Counted from the first letter of the stretch, positions 40,015 to 49,344 are shown. The stretch: 64,000 nt of DNA from an uncultured Verrucomicrobiae bacterium (GCA_963742315.1 CAVULE010000003.1:661540-725539), one strand, 5' to 3'. Notes: generated by a model not told the origin, from the letters alone. Numbers and translations: made by a program.

Positions 40015-40509
40015 ATGCGGCTCAGCTTGCTCACCCTCGCCTTTCTTGCCTTGGCGACGGTAAGCTATGCCCAGGAGCAGGAGCGCAAACTGGTTGACCG
40101 GCTCTTGAGCCCAAACACGAAGCTGGCGAATCCCGACCAAAACAAAAAGTTCGTAGGTGGAGTGGAGGCCCCCACCCGATCCGCGGCGACCAAGTCCTTC
40201 TACGTTTCGGAAAAAAATCTCGGCAAAACTTTCGTGGCCGATCGGAGCGCTCCGACAACTTCGTTCCGCACTCGCAACTATTCGACCCAGGCCGCGGTGG
40301 TGCCAACTTTGCCGCCAACGCGAACTTATCAGACCAAACAGGCCCGCGATATTTCCCCCAGCGCCTACTCAACAAAAAAATACGCCACGCGCGATTTTGG
40401 CGGCAACCGGCCATTCCTCGAACAGGGCAAAAGTCAGAAAGCGTTGCACGCCCAGGACCGGCCACTCACGATTGACGAAGTGCGCGAGTTGCTGAACAAA
40501 AACAAGTAG
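40015..40509 (+). CDS. secreted hypothetical protein
   Basis: Internal Met gives the signal peptide MRLSLLTLAFLALATVSYAQ. Low-complexity Thr/Ser/Lys-rich mature region. Confidence 0.35.
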   Translation: MRLSLLTLAFLALATVSYAQEQERKLVDRLLSPNTKLANPDQNKKFVGGVEAPTRSAATKSFYVSEKNLGKTFVADRSAPTTSFRTRNYSTQAAVVPTLPPTRTYQTKQARDISPSAYSTKKYATRDFGGNRPFLEQGKSQKALHAQDRPLTIDEVRELLNKNK

Positions 40510-40536
40510 GTTGTTTCCGCGCGCCTGCTGTTTTTA

Positions 40537-41706
40537 GTGCGCATGAACATGCGCGATCAGCTTGCACGACTCACCCGCGGCGCCGCGCAAATCATCAGCG
40601 AAGCGGAACTGGCGGAGAAATTGAGCGCGAATCGCCCGCTGCGGGTAAAGCTCGGCGTCGATCCCACCAGCGCGGATATCCATCTTGGGCACACCGTTGT
40701 CCTGCGCAAGTTACGCGATTTCCAGGAACTCGGACATCAGGCGATCCTGATCATCGGCGATTTCACCGCGTTGATTGGCGATCCGAGCGGGCGTTCAGTT
40801 ACCCGCCCGACAATCACGCGCGACGAAGTTGAACGGAATGCGAAAACATATCGCGAACAGGCCTTCAAGATTCTCGATCAGAACCGAACCAAAATTGTGT
40901 TTAACGGTTCCTGGCTTGGGAAGTTATCGTTCGAAGATGTAATCCGGCTCAACAGCGAGGTAACGTTGCAGCAGTTGTTGCAACGCGAAGATTTTCGCGC
41001 GCGGATGAAAAGCGAGCAGCCAATTCATGCGCACGAAATTCAATACCCGATTATGCAGGCGTATGATTCGGTGATGGTGAAGGCCGACGTGGAACTGGGC
41101 GGCACCGATCAACTATTCAATATTTTACTCGGGCGCGATCTGCAGAAGCAAAACGGGCAGCCACAGCAGATTGTCTTACTCACACCGATTCTCGAGGGAC
41201 TCGATGGGAAACAAAAGATGAGCAAAAGCCTCGGTAATTACGTCGCGTTAAATGATCCGCCGACTGAGATGTTTGGGAAATTGATGAGCATTTCCGACGA
41301 ATTAATGGCGCGATATTATTTGTTGCTCCTCTCGCGCGAGCTTCCAAAGACCAAGCACCCGCTCGAAGCAAAGAAGGAGCTCGCCGCGGAAATTGTTTCC
41401 ACCTATCACTCCCGCGATGCGGCTCACAAGGCGCAGGATGAATGGACGAGACGTTTCAGCGAAAAACGGTTGTCCGAGACAGAGCTTCCGATTCTGCCAT
41501 CTCAATCTGATGACCTGGTTACAATTGTTGTTAACGGTTTTGCGGCATGCGGAATTACCAAGTCGCGCGCCGAAGCCAGTCGCTTAATCAAACAAGGCAG
41601 CGTGCAACTCGATGGCGCCAAACTGCGCAACCCAACCGAGCAAATGAACCTATCGGCTAATCAGATCTTGCGGCTCGACAAGACTCACGCGGTGCGGATT
41701 GGGTAA
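40537..41706 (+). CDS. tyrS: tyrosine--tRNA ligase with C-terminal S4 domain
   Basis: Class-I motifs …DPTSADIHLGHTV… (HIGH-type) and KMSKSLGN. C-terminal S4 (…SRAEASRLIKQGSVQLDG…). Confidence 0.85.
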   Translation: MRMNMRDQLARLTRGAAQIISEAELAEKLSANRPLRVKLGVDPTSADIHLGHTVVLRKLRDFQELGHQAILIIGDFTALIGDPSGRSVTRPTITRDEVERNAKTYREQAFKILDQNRTKIVFNGSWLGKLSFEDVIRLNSEVTLQQLLQREDFRARMKSEQPIHAHEIQYPIMQAYDSVMVKADVELGGTDQLFNILLGRDLQKQNGQPQQIVLLTPILEGLDGKQKMSKSLGNYVALNDPPTEMFGKLMSISDELMARYYLLLLSRELPKTKHPLEAKKELAAEIVSTYHSRDAAHKAQDEWTRRFSEKRLSETELPILPSQSDDLVTIVVNGFAACGITKSRAEASRLIKQGSVQLDGAKLRNPTEQMNLSANQILRLDKTHAVRIG

Positions 41707-41882
41707 ACGAATGCCCTAATTATTCTTCGAAAAATAATCGCAAACAGTTAGAGATCCTTCGACTTCGCTGCGCTGCGCTCAGGATGACAAAGCGTTTTTG
41801 TAGCCGGGATCGGCGGTCCCTGATTGGGGCATCGGTACAGGAAAAAGGGCGCGGCGTCCCGACCGCGCCCTTTCCGCCTGCC

Positions 41883-42359
41883 CTACGCAGTTGCCGCTTC
41901 GAGAATGGGCAAGATACTTGCCGGCTCGGAATACGGCGCTGCGATTCCCTCAAAGTGTGCTCGGATACTGCGCAGCTCGGAGTTCACAAATGCATCGACG
42001 AAATGCAATCGACGATCCAGCCACGCGAAAAATCTGTTCTTAATGTCATAATGCACCGCGAGCGTGATCTCAGTGCAATTCGGACGCACCTCGGCAAAAT
42101 CGACAATTCCCATCAGGTCGAGGTTGCCGCCGACGGACTCGAAAGCTACTTCATCTGGCGAATTGCCTTCAATCGCGAGTAAAACAGTGTGGCCTTGAAA
42201 GCCGAGCGGACCGCAGAATGAGAAATCGACCGTCTTAGATGACGTCACGGTCGCCCTGGTCACCATCACAAACTGGCGCCGGTAGGAATGAATATTGGCC
42301 AGCCGGCTTTTGCAGTCCGGCAGCGACTGACCCATGTGTAGAGTTTTTTGCAATAGCAT
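41883..42359 (-). CDS. SRPBCC-superfamily protein (polyketide cyclase/COQ10-like)
   Basis: ~158 aa. Composition and length fit the START/Bet v1-like fold. Weak call. Confidence 0.35.
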   Translation of the reverse strand: MLLQKTLHMGQSLPDCKSRLANIHSYRRQFVMVTRATVTSSKTVDFSFCGPLGFQGHTVLLAIEGNSPDEVAFESVGGNLDLMGIVDFAEVRPNCTEITLAVHYDIKNRFFAWLDRRLHFVDAFVNSELRSIRAHFEGIAAPYSEPASILPILEAATA

Positions 42360-42447
42360 AGTGAGGTTGGTTGTGCTGGGGTTCCTAGCAATGCAGGTGC
42401 CACCCTCTTTTACGAGGGAAGAGCCAGCCGATCACCCCTGAAGAGTG

Positions 42448-43125
42448 TCAAAATTTGGACGATTGTGTCAATTTTCTTAACACGTCCGGCTGCTCGGTTG
42501 CGGCGAGGATTTCCGCCAAGTTAGGCTCCGTTTCTTCACCAATCACGACCAGACTTATGTCTGCCAGGAGGCGCCGAAGTTCATTTTCGTTCGTGCTTTG
42601 CGCCAAATCGGTTGGTCCATTCGCTTGATTCAAAATCACACCCGCGCAAACAAGTCCGCGCCGCTGCACACTTTCAAGCGTGAGCAAGACATGATTCAAA
42701 CAGCCGAGCTGGTTGTTCGCGACGATCGCCACCGGCAGCTCGAGCTGTTTCGCGAAATCGCCGACAAAGAGATCCGCGGTGATCGGCACAAGCCAGCCAC
42801 CAACGCCCTCCACGATCACGGTATCGAATCGCTCCGACAGATTGCGAAAACTGTCCCGAATTCTCCCCAAATCGATTTCGACTTGCTCGATTTGGGCTGC
42901 GACTGACGGCGCAACCGGTGATTGCAGCCAGACTGGATTCAATTCCTCAATCGAAATTCCTTCCGCGCTGGCGGCAAGCAAGCGACGCGCATCCTCGCGA
43001 TCGCCACAGCAGATTGGTTTCATTCCGACGGCGCGAATTCCGCGGCAGCGTAACCAGCGCAACAGCTCGATTGCGACGAAGGTTTTGCCAACGCCGGTAC
43101 CAGTTCCCGTTAGGAACAGACTCAC
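42448..43125 (-). CDS. bioD: ATP-dependent dethiobiotin synthetase
   Basis: LFLTGTGTGVGKTFV P-loop, …GMKPICCG…, and VIVEGVGGWLVP. Confidence 0.85.
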   Translation of the reverse strand: MSLFLTGTGTGVGKTFVAIELLRWLRCRGIRAVGMKPICCGDREDARRLLAASAEGISIEELNPVWLQSPVAPSVAAQIEQVEIDLGRIRDSFRNLSERFDTVIVEGVGGWLVPITADLFVGDFAKQLELPVAIVANNQLGCLNHVLLTLESVQRRGLVCAGVILNQANGPTDLAQSTNENELRRLLADISLVVIGEETEPNLAEILAATEQPDVLRKLTQSSKF

Positions 43126-43835
43126 GCCGCGGCTCTTGCACGTCCGGCCAGAATAGTCTTGGCCATGGAAACGAAAATCCTGGCACCGTCCGCGCTGCCG
43201 AGGCGCGAATCACAGGCGCGATCAGGATGCGGCATCAAGCCAAAGACATTTCCTTCGCGATTACAAATGCCGGCAATGTTTTCAATGGAACCATTCGGAT
43301 TCGATTCCGGACTGGTCGCGCCAGTCGCATCGCAATAACGCATCACGACTTGTCCGTTGGCGTTGAGCTCATGCAATGTGTCGTCGTCGGCGAAATAACA
43401 GCCTTCGCCGTGGGCAATCGGCATTCGCAGAATCGTTCCCTGTGGACAGCCGTGGGTAAAAGCGGAGTCGGGCACTTCGATTCGCAGCCGCTCCATGTCG
43501 CAAACAAACCGTAACCCGCGGTTGCGCACGAGCGCGCCCGGCAACAATCCCGCTTCGCATAACACTTGAAATCCGTTGCAGGTGCCAAGCACGAGCCAAC
43601 CTTCTTTCGCCGCGCGTACGACCTCGTTCATAATCGGCGAAAAACGCGCGATGGCGCCGCAACGCAAATAATCGCCGTAGGCAAAACCGCCCGGCAAGAC
43701 AATGGCATCAAAGCCCGCCAGCGAAGTCGCTTTATGCCAGACATATTCCGCCCTTAAGCCATCCAGCCCATTAATGGCGCGCAGGCAGTCCTGATCACAA
43801 TTAGAACCAGGGAACTGGATGACTGCGAATTTCAT
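43122..43835 (-). CDS. purQ: phosphoribosylformylglycinamidine synthase glutaminase subunit
   Basis: MKFAVIQFPGSNCDQD…LPGGFAYGDYL…LGTCNGFQVL…PHPDRA (class-I GATase triad context). Confidence 0.9.
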   Translation of the reverse strand: MKFAVIQFPGSNCDQDCLRAINGLDGLRAEYVWHKATSLAGFDAIVLPGGFAYGDYLRCGAIARFSPIMNEVVRAAKEGWLVLGTCNGFQVLCEAGLLPGALVRNRGLRFVCDMERLRIEVPDSAFTHGCPQGTILRMPIAHGEGCYFADDDTLHELNANGQVVMRYCDATGATSPESNPNGSIENIAGICNREGNVFGLMPHPDRACDSRLGSADGARIFVSMAKTILAGRARAAA

Positions 43836-44027
43836 CTAAGCATGAGCGAGGCGCGTGGCTCGTTGTTCTTCGTGATAATCATTTACTACCAGACAGGCGT
43901 GAATCACTCCCGGAATCCAGCCGAGCAAAGTTAACAAGACGCTGAGGAAAAAGCTGGCAATCCGCCCCGTTAACAAAACCGCCAGCGGAGGAAAAACCAC
44001 ACAGAAAAAATAACGCAGCGCTTTCAT
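43836..44027 (-). CDS. YqaE/Pmp3-family small membrane protein
   Basis: 63 aa, two TM helices, LPPLAV…GWIPGVIHA signature. Sits between purS and purQ with 4-nt/0-nt junctions. Confidence 0.6.
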   Translation of the reverse strand: MKALRYFFCVVFPPLAVLLTGRIASFFLSVLLTLLGWIPGVIHACLVVNDYHEEQRATRLAHA

Positions 44028-44260
44028 TCTTTTACTAATTGATAGTCTTCAATCACCGGATTCGAAAGCAGATCGCGACAAAGTTTGTGCAAGCGCGCCT
44101 CGACGTCGGCGCCGTCGCGATCGAGGTCAATCTCCAGGTATTTGCCAATCCGGACATTTTTCACTTCACGCATCCCGAGATGCTGCATCGCTTCCCGGAC
44201 GGCCGCGCCTTGTGGGTCGAGAACGGCGGCTTTTGGCATCACCACCACTTTGGCTTTCAT
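44024..44260 (-). CDS. purS: phosphoribosylformylglycinamidine synthase subunit PurS
   Basis: MKAKVVVMPKAAVLDPQGAAV…LSNPVIEDY, ~78 aa. Confidence 0.85.
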   Translation of the reverse strand: MKAKVVVMPKAAVLDPQGAAVREAMQHLGMREVKNVRIGKYLEIDLDRDGADVEARLHKLCRDLLSNPVIEDYQLVKE

Positions 44261-44345
44261 CTTTTCAATCTACGAGGGCAAGGCCGACACGACAACGTCC
44301 TTCTCGCGCAAGAAATTTCTTTCAAAGCTCGTTTTGCCGCGCTAG

Positions 44346-45053
44346 TTGTCGCGGCCGATGGAAGCGCCTCCCATCATGCAGACGCCAGGACCCGCGCCGG
44401 GCGGAATGGGTTGTTTCGCCAAAGGCTGCCTGAGTCTGATTATCGCAGGCCTTGTTCTGCTGGCCGTTTTTGTAGGCGGCACCTTCTTCGTCCTAAACCG
44501 CGCCCTCAACGCCTTCACCTCAACCCAGTCGGTCCAAATCGAGGTACGGCAGGCAACGCCGGCGGAACGACAAGCCGCGAAAGCGAAATTGGATACGCTT
44601 CGTAGCGCGGCGAGGAACCATCAGGAAGCTACAATTGAGTTCAACGCCGATGAGATCAACGCTCTGATTGCAAATGAACCAGAGTTCCGCGGAGCACGCG
44701 GCCACATGCGAGTAGCAATTTCCAACTCTATTGCGTCACTCGATGTAAGCGCGCCGCTCGATTCGATGCATTGGAAGCGACTTAAGGGCCGCTGGTTTAA
44801 CGGGAATATCGAGTTCGGGTTCAGCTACGTGGACGACAATTTTAACTTCGACGTCCGCTCAGCTGAAGCGAACGGCTATCAATTTCCAAGGGCCATCCTA
44901 ACCAGCGACGTTATGCAATCATTCAATCGCAGTTTCAACGAAAGCTTTCATCGGGAATCGGCCAAGCACCCCGACGCCAACAATCTTTGGCGGCACATCA
45001 AAATGGCGTCGCTGCAAGGTGACAAATTGGTCGTAACCACGCGGGCGATGTAG
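44346..45053 (+). CDS. hypothetical membrane-anchored protein
   Basis: N-terminal TM (CLSLIIAGLVLLAVFVGGTFFVL) followed by a soluble domain. No motif. Confidence 0.4.
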   Translation: MSRPMEAPPIMQTPGPAPGGMGCFAKGCLSLIIAGLVLLAVFVGGTFFVLNRALNAFTSTQSVQIEVRQATPAERQAAKAKLDTLRSAARNHQEATIEFNADEINALIANEPEFRGARGHMRVAISNSIASLDVSAPLDSMHWKRLKGRWFNGNIEFGFSYVDDNFNFDVRSAEANGYQFPRAILTSDVMQSFNRSFNESFHRESAKHPDANNLWRHIKMASLQGDKLVVTTRAM

Positions 45054-45199
45054 CGCAGACTGTAATTTTGTGGAGGGACACGCACCGGCGTGTCCCAAAT
45101 ATTCGGGTGCTCGGGTCCAAATCTTACAATCCTTGCTAATTTGGTGAACCGTACGCGACTCGGCATAACGTCGCCTTGCCGAAAAATCGCCGAATGAGT

Positions 45200-45228
45200 C
45201 ATTGGTAGGGCGAGACTCCGTCGAGCCG
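45200..45228. repeat. family B repeat copy (CATTGGTAGGGCGAGACTCCGTCGAGCCG)
   Basis: 29-nt core identical to copies at 37698..37726 and 57876..57900, and reverse-complement at 48632..48659. Confidence 0.7.
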
Positions 45229-45253
45229 GATAGCGATGTGAAATGACCTGCGG

Positions 45254-46876
45254 CTACCTTTCTCTAATCACCTCGCGCGGATCTTTGTCTTGACGCAATC
45301 CCAGAAAAACCGGCTGCCGCAACTTTCCATCACGCGTCCATTCGGCGAACTTGACCTGGCAGACGAACTTCGGGTTTACCCAGGTGTATTTGCGCATTTC
45401 GCCGGGCGTGATTCCCTGTACCCATTCGCCATTTTGTTTGGAGGGCAGGTCGGCAAAAGGACAAGTGCTGCGTTCCTCCGCGCGCATTTTTTTGTGCAGC
45501 GTGCTGAGCAATTTCGTGTCGAAACCGGTGCCGACTTTACCGGCAAAAAGCAATCGGTCCTTATCGTAATAACCGACCAGCAAGGCGCCGAAATGTTTGC
45601 GCGCGCCTGCCGGTGGAGTGTAGCCGCCGATGACAAATTCCTGCTCGTTCACGCATTTCAATTTGATCCAAGCCCCGCTGCGGCGACCGGGTTCGTAAAC
45701 GGAATCGCGTTGCTTGCCGAGAAGACCTTCCAGGCCACGCCGTTTAATTTCCGGGAGCAGTGTCTCTGCTTCAGTCCCAAGCGCTCCCGAAAACCGAATG
45801 ATGTCGCTAAAAGGCGGGGCCAATCGCATCAGCATTTCTTTTCGCAGGGTCAGCGGGAGACCTAGCAAACTGCGGCCATTCAACTGCAAGATATCGAACA
45901 CGTAAAATGCCAGCGGCGCATCTTTGCCATCAAGCTCCGCCCGCTGCAAAAGTTGAAACGACGAGCGCCCCTCTTCATCCATCGCGACGACTTCGCCGTC
46001 GACCACGCATTCATTGGCCCCAAAACCCGCAGCAGCGCGGGCGATTTCCGGGAAGCGATCGTCCAACTTTTTTTCATTGCGTGAAACCAGTTGCACCGCG
46101 CGCCCGTCCTTGATCGCAAGAGCGCGGATGCCATCGAACTTCAATTCGTAGATCCACTGGCCTGTTGTTGGCGGGTGCTCCACCAGCTTCGGCTTCATTG
46201 GCTCGACGAAGCGCGGTCGCGCTTTGGGCAAATCCGATAAGGATAAATTTCCGGGGAGGTCGGATTGAGGAATTGTAGGGTGGCCGCTCTGGCTGCCACT
46301 TCTTGATTTCGGCAAGCGACGCGCTTGCCCTACAATTTTATTTTGGTCTTTTTTTTTAAGCGATGCGTCCCTCGCCGCTTTTGCAATGCGGGCTTTAAAC
46401 GAATCTTTTTTATCAACGCGATTGGATTGCCATTCCGCGTCTCGCGCCGAGGCGATTTGTTTCATCGTCCGGCCAGTTTTGACCGACTGATCGTCGCGCT
46501 TTTTCGAAATGGGTTTGACCCCCCCGGCAGTTTTCATCAAGAGCCATTGGTTTTTGTCGCCTTCTGCGCGAATGCGAATAAGGGCCCATTCGCCTTTGGC
46601 TTTTTCGCCATGTAAAATGACATGCAGTTTACCTTTACGCACCGCCTCCACAGGATCCTCCGGCGGCGCTAGTTCATAGGTGCCGCGGTCCCAGACCATC
46701 ACGGTGCCACCACCATATTGGCCTTCGGGAATGATGCCCTCGAAGTCCGCGTAATCGATCGGATGATCTTCCACTTCAACTGCGAGATGTCTTTCCGCCT
46801 GCGCCCACGGTAATCCTTTGGGCACTGCCCATGACTTTAGAACGCCGTCCATTTCCAGCCGGAAATCGTAGTGCAA
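45254..46876 (-). CDS. ligD: DNA ligase D (3'-phosphoesterase + ATP-dependent ligase domains, no polymerase domain); N-terminus apparently frameshifted
   Basis: PE domain LHYDFRLEMDGVLKSWAVPKG…VEDHPIDYADFEG. Ligase KxDG motif YELKFDGIR. The called TTG start leaves out conserved …KRKRDF…RFIIQKHDASRL, which is encoded in-frame upstream (46877..47005) after a TGA. An ATG at 47006 is in the +1 frame. Confidence 0.75.
   Translation of the reverse strand: MHYDFRLEMDGVLKSWAVPKGLPWAQAERHLAVEVEDHPIDYADFEGIIPEGQYGGGTVMVWDRGTYELAPPEDPVEAVRKGKLHVILHGEKAKGEWALIRIRAEGDKNQWLLMKTAGGVKPISKKRDDQSVKTGRTMKQIASARDAEWQSNRVDKKDSFKARIAKAARDASLKKKDQNKIVGQARRLPKSRSGSQSGHPTIPQSDLPGNLSLSDLPKARPRFVEPMKPKLVEHPPTTGQWIYELKFDGIRALAIKDGRAVQLVSRNEKKLDDRFPEIARAAAGFGANECVVDGEVVAMDEEGRSSFQLLQRAELDGKDAPLAFYVFDILQLNGRSLLGLPLTLRKEMLMRLAPPFSDIIRFSGALGTEAETLLPEIKRRGLEGLLGKQRDSVYEPGRRSGAWIKLKCVNEQEFVIGGYTPPAGARKHFGALLVGYYDKDRLLFAGKVGTGFDTKLLSTLHKKMRAEERSTCPFADLPSKQNGEWVQGITPGEMRKYTWVNPKFVCQVKFAEWTRDGKLRQPVFLGLRQDKDPREVIRER
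46271..46340. repeat. family C palindromic repeat element located inside the ligD coding sequence (interdomain linker)
   Basis: AATTGTAGGGTGGCCGCTCTGGCTGCCACTTCTTGATTTCGGCAAGCGACGCGCTTGCCCTACAATT. Encodes a Ser/Pro/Gly-rich linker segment between the PE and ligase domains, in-frame. Confidence 0.6.
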
Positions 46877-47075
46877 ACGGCTGGCATCATGTTTTTGAAT
46901 GATGAATCGATTGGCGCGTGTTTTCCGGCCGCGCGCTTTGGCCCCCCCAGCAGGCTCTGCCGTCTTCTTAAAATCGCGTTTGCGCTTGGTACTCGACGAG
47001 CCCCATCACCGATCAATTTAACCGGGGATTACGCGGATGAAACGGATTTCGATCCCCACTCGCGGCGCAGGAGAT

Positions 47076-47711
47076 TTATGCCGCCGCTTCAGATGCTGGC
47101 GCGACAGCGGCATCGTGGGCCAGCGCTTCGCCGACGAGGTAGCGCGTGAAGCGGCGAATAACAATGTTTTCGCCCAGTTCCGCGATTTTCGCGCTCACCA
47201 ATTCCCTGATTGTTTGGTCGGGATTCTTGATGAATCCCTGCTCCAGCAAACAAACCGTGCTATAAAATTTCTCCAGTTTTCCGTCGACAATTTTGTTCAT
47301 CACCGCTTCCGGTTTGCCTTTGACCTGCCCCTTATAAATCTCGCGCTCGGCTTCAATCAACGCTCCGGGCACGTCGTCCCGGCTGACGTAGAGCGGATGC
47401 GCCGCCGCAATATGCAAGGTGATGTCCTTTACGAAAGCGCGGAAATTCTCGTTCTTGGCCACGAAATCGGTCTCGCAATTTACTTCCACCAGCACCCCGA
47501 CTTTCCCCTGCAAATGAATGTAGGACGCGACAATTCCTTCCTTCGTTACGCGCGACGCTTTCTTGCTCGCGCTCGCGATGCCTTTTGTTCGCAAGATCAC
47601 TTCCGCCTTGCCCAGGTCGCCGTCCGCCTCGGTCAACGCGCGTTTGCAATCCATCATCCCCGCATTTGTTCGGTCGCGAAGTTCCTTAACGGTTTTGGGA
47701 TCGATCTGCAT
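47076..47711 (-). CDS. tsf: translation elongation factor Ts (short form)
   Basis: …VKELRDRTNAGMMDCKRALTEADGDLGKA… (UBA-like N-domain). …GKVGVLVEVNCETDFVAKN…. Confidence 0.9.
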   Translation of the reverse strand: MQIDPKTVKELRDRTNAGMMDCKRALTEADGDLGKAEVILRTKGIASASKKASRVTKEGIVASYIHLQGKVGVLVEVNCETDFVAKNENFRAFVKDITLHIAAAHPLYVSRDDVPGALIEAEREIYKGQVKGKPEAVMNKIVDGKLEKFYSTVCLLEQGFIKNPDQTIRELVSAKIAELGENIVIRRFTRYLVGEALAHDAAVAPASEAAA

Positions 47712-47785
47712 GGTCAACATGTTAAATCGTTACATCGTAAATCGGCAGAGCAGTCACGGATCGGGTCTTCGATCCACGTCCCGCC

Positions 47786-48517
47786 CTAGGCGGAGACCCC
47801 CGCCATCTCTGCCTGGGCCGCGACGGAAGAGTCGCCGCTGGCCGAGACAATCGCATCAACCAATTTCTGCAAAATCACGCGAATCGCCCGAATGGCATCG
47901 TCGTTGCCCGCAATCGGATAATCGATAATTTCCGGATCGGCGTTGGTATCGACTATCGCCACCGTTGGAATATTGAGTCGGCGCGCTTCGTTGACCGCGT
48001 TCTGCTCCCGGGTTGTGTCAACCACGACGAGGACGTCGGGCAGTTGCGCCATTTCCAGAATGCCGTCGAGGTTTCGGCGGAGTTTGGCACCTTCGCGATT
48101 GAGCGCTGCGATCTCCTGTTTTCCCATCTTTTTGAAGGCGGGCGATTGTTCGATCTGCTCGATGAATTTCAAACGCCCAATACTTTTGCGAATCGTCGCC
48201 AGATTCGTCAATGTTCCGCCTAGCCAGCGTTGATTGACATAAAATTGTCCGCAGGCCAGGGCCGCTTCCTTCACCGCCTGCTGCGCCTGTTTCTTGCAGC
48301 CAACGAACAGGATTTTCCCACCGCGCCGCGTCACTTCTTGCAGAAACTGGGTCGCGCGCTGCAATTGCTTTACCGTCTCATCAAGATTGATGATGTAGAT
48401 CTGGTTTTTCTGCTCGAAAATGTAGGGGCGCATCTTCGGGTTCCAGCGCTTGGTCTGGTGCCCAAAATGCACGCCGGCTTCCAAAAGCTCCGGCACAAGT
48501 TCAGTCGTATCTGCCAT
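47786..48517 (-). CDS. rpsB: 30S ribosomal protein S2
   Basis: MADTTELVPELLEAGVHFGHQTKRWNPKM…ILFVGCKKQAQ…. The ORF-track N-terminal extension (to 48658) is likely spurious. Confidence 0.9.
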   Translation of the reverse strand: MADTTELVPELLEAGVHFGHQTKRWNPKMRPYIFEQKNQIYIINLDETVKQLQRATQFLQEVTRRGGKILFVGCKKQAQQAVKEAALACGQFYVNQRWLGGTLTNLATIRKSIGRLKFIEQIEQSPAFKKMGKQEIAALNREGAKLRRNLDGILEMAQLPDVLVVVDTTREQNAVNEARRLNIPTVAIVDTNADPEIIDYPIAGNDDAIRAIRVILQKLVDAIVSASGDSSVAAQAEMAGVSA

Positions 48518-48631
48518 AGGGAAAATTAACGCGCCCGCCGACGGGCGAGCGGACGTGGAAGATGCCGTAAGGCTGCCTTGAAGGCAAACGGAAATATGGA
48601 GCGATGGAGCAGTGGAGTAATGGGTTCGAAG

Positions 48632-48659
48632 CGGCTCGACCGAGTCTCGCCTTACCAAT
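48632..48659. repeat. family B repeat copy (reverse orientation)
   Basis: CGGCTCGACCGAGTCTCGCCTTACCAAT is the reverse complement of the B core. Confidence 0.6.
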
Positions 48660-48709
48660 TACCTGCTTCACGATCTCTGGTAGCGCGACGCTCCGCGGAG
48701 CCTCGCCGC

Positions 48710-49261
48710 CTATTTCCCTGCTCTACTTGAGTCCGCCTGCTCGATCTTTCGGGCCAGCAACCAGCACAGATCGGACAAGCGATTGAGGTAGCGCAGGATC
48801 TCGATGTTGAAGGCCCGGTCGTCGTTGACCAGGGCAGCGACGCGGCGCTCGGCGCGGCGGCAGGTAGTGCGCGCGTTATCAAGCGCGGCCGAAGCCACCG
48901 AAGCCCCGGGGATAACCCAGTCTTTTGGATAAAGTGATTTGTCTTTTTCCAGCTCGTCGATTACCCCAGTTAACCGATTAACCATCGCGTCGGTTGTGAT
49001 CTGGAATCCGTCTTTCCGATACCGCTCCAAATCTTCGGGTGAAGTCGCGAGTTCGCCCATTACCGAAATCAACTCCTTTTGCGCCGCCAAGATCTCGCTC
49101 CGCACAAATTCATTCGATATCGCCGCTCGTGCCAAACCCAACGCGCTATTCAATTCATCAACGCAACCGTAAGCATCGACCCGATGATCGGTCTTTGGCA
49201 CCCGCCGCCCATACATGAGCGACGTTTCGCCTTTGTCGCCCGTCTTGGTCGCAATGGACAT
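48710..49261 (-). CDS. PduO-type ATP:cob(I)alamin adenosyltransferase
   Basis: TKTGDKGETSL…VDAYGCVDELNSALG…: MMAB/PduO N-terminal signature. Confidence 0.75.
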   Translation of the reverse strand: MSIATKTGDKGETSLMYGRRVPKTDHRVDAYGCVDELNSALGLARAAISNEFVRSEILAAQKELISVMGELATSPEDLERYRKDGFQITTDAMVNRLTGVIDELEKDKSLYPKDWVIPGASVASAALDNARTTCRRAERRVAALVNDDRAFNIEILRYLNRLSDLCWLLARKIEQADSSRAGK

Positions 49262-49266
49262 CGCTC

Positions 49267-49337
49267 AAATTGTAGGGCGTTTCTGTGAAACGCCAATCCA
49301 AGGATCGGCATCTGACACAGATGTCCTACAATCCGCT
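49267..49337. repeat. family C palindromic repeat element copy
   Basis: AAATTGTAGGGCGTTTCTGTGAAACGCC…GATGTCCTACAATCC, between the rpoC stop and the next gene. Confidence 0.6.
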
Positions 49338-49344
49338 CCGCTGC

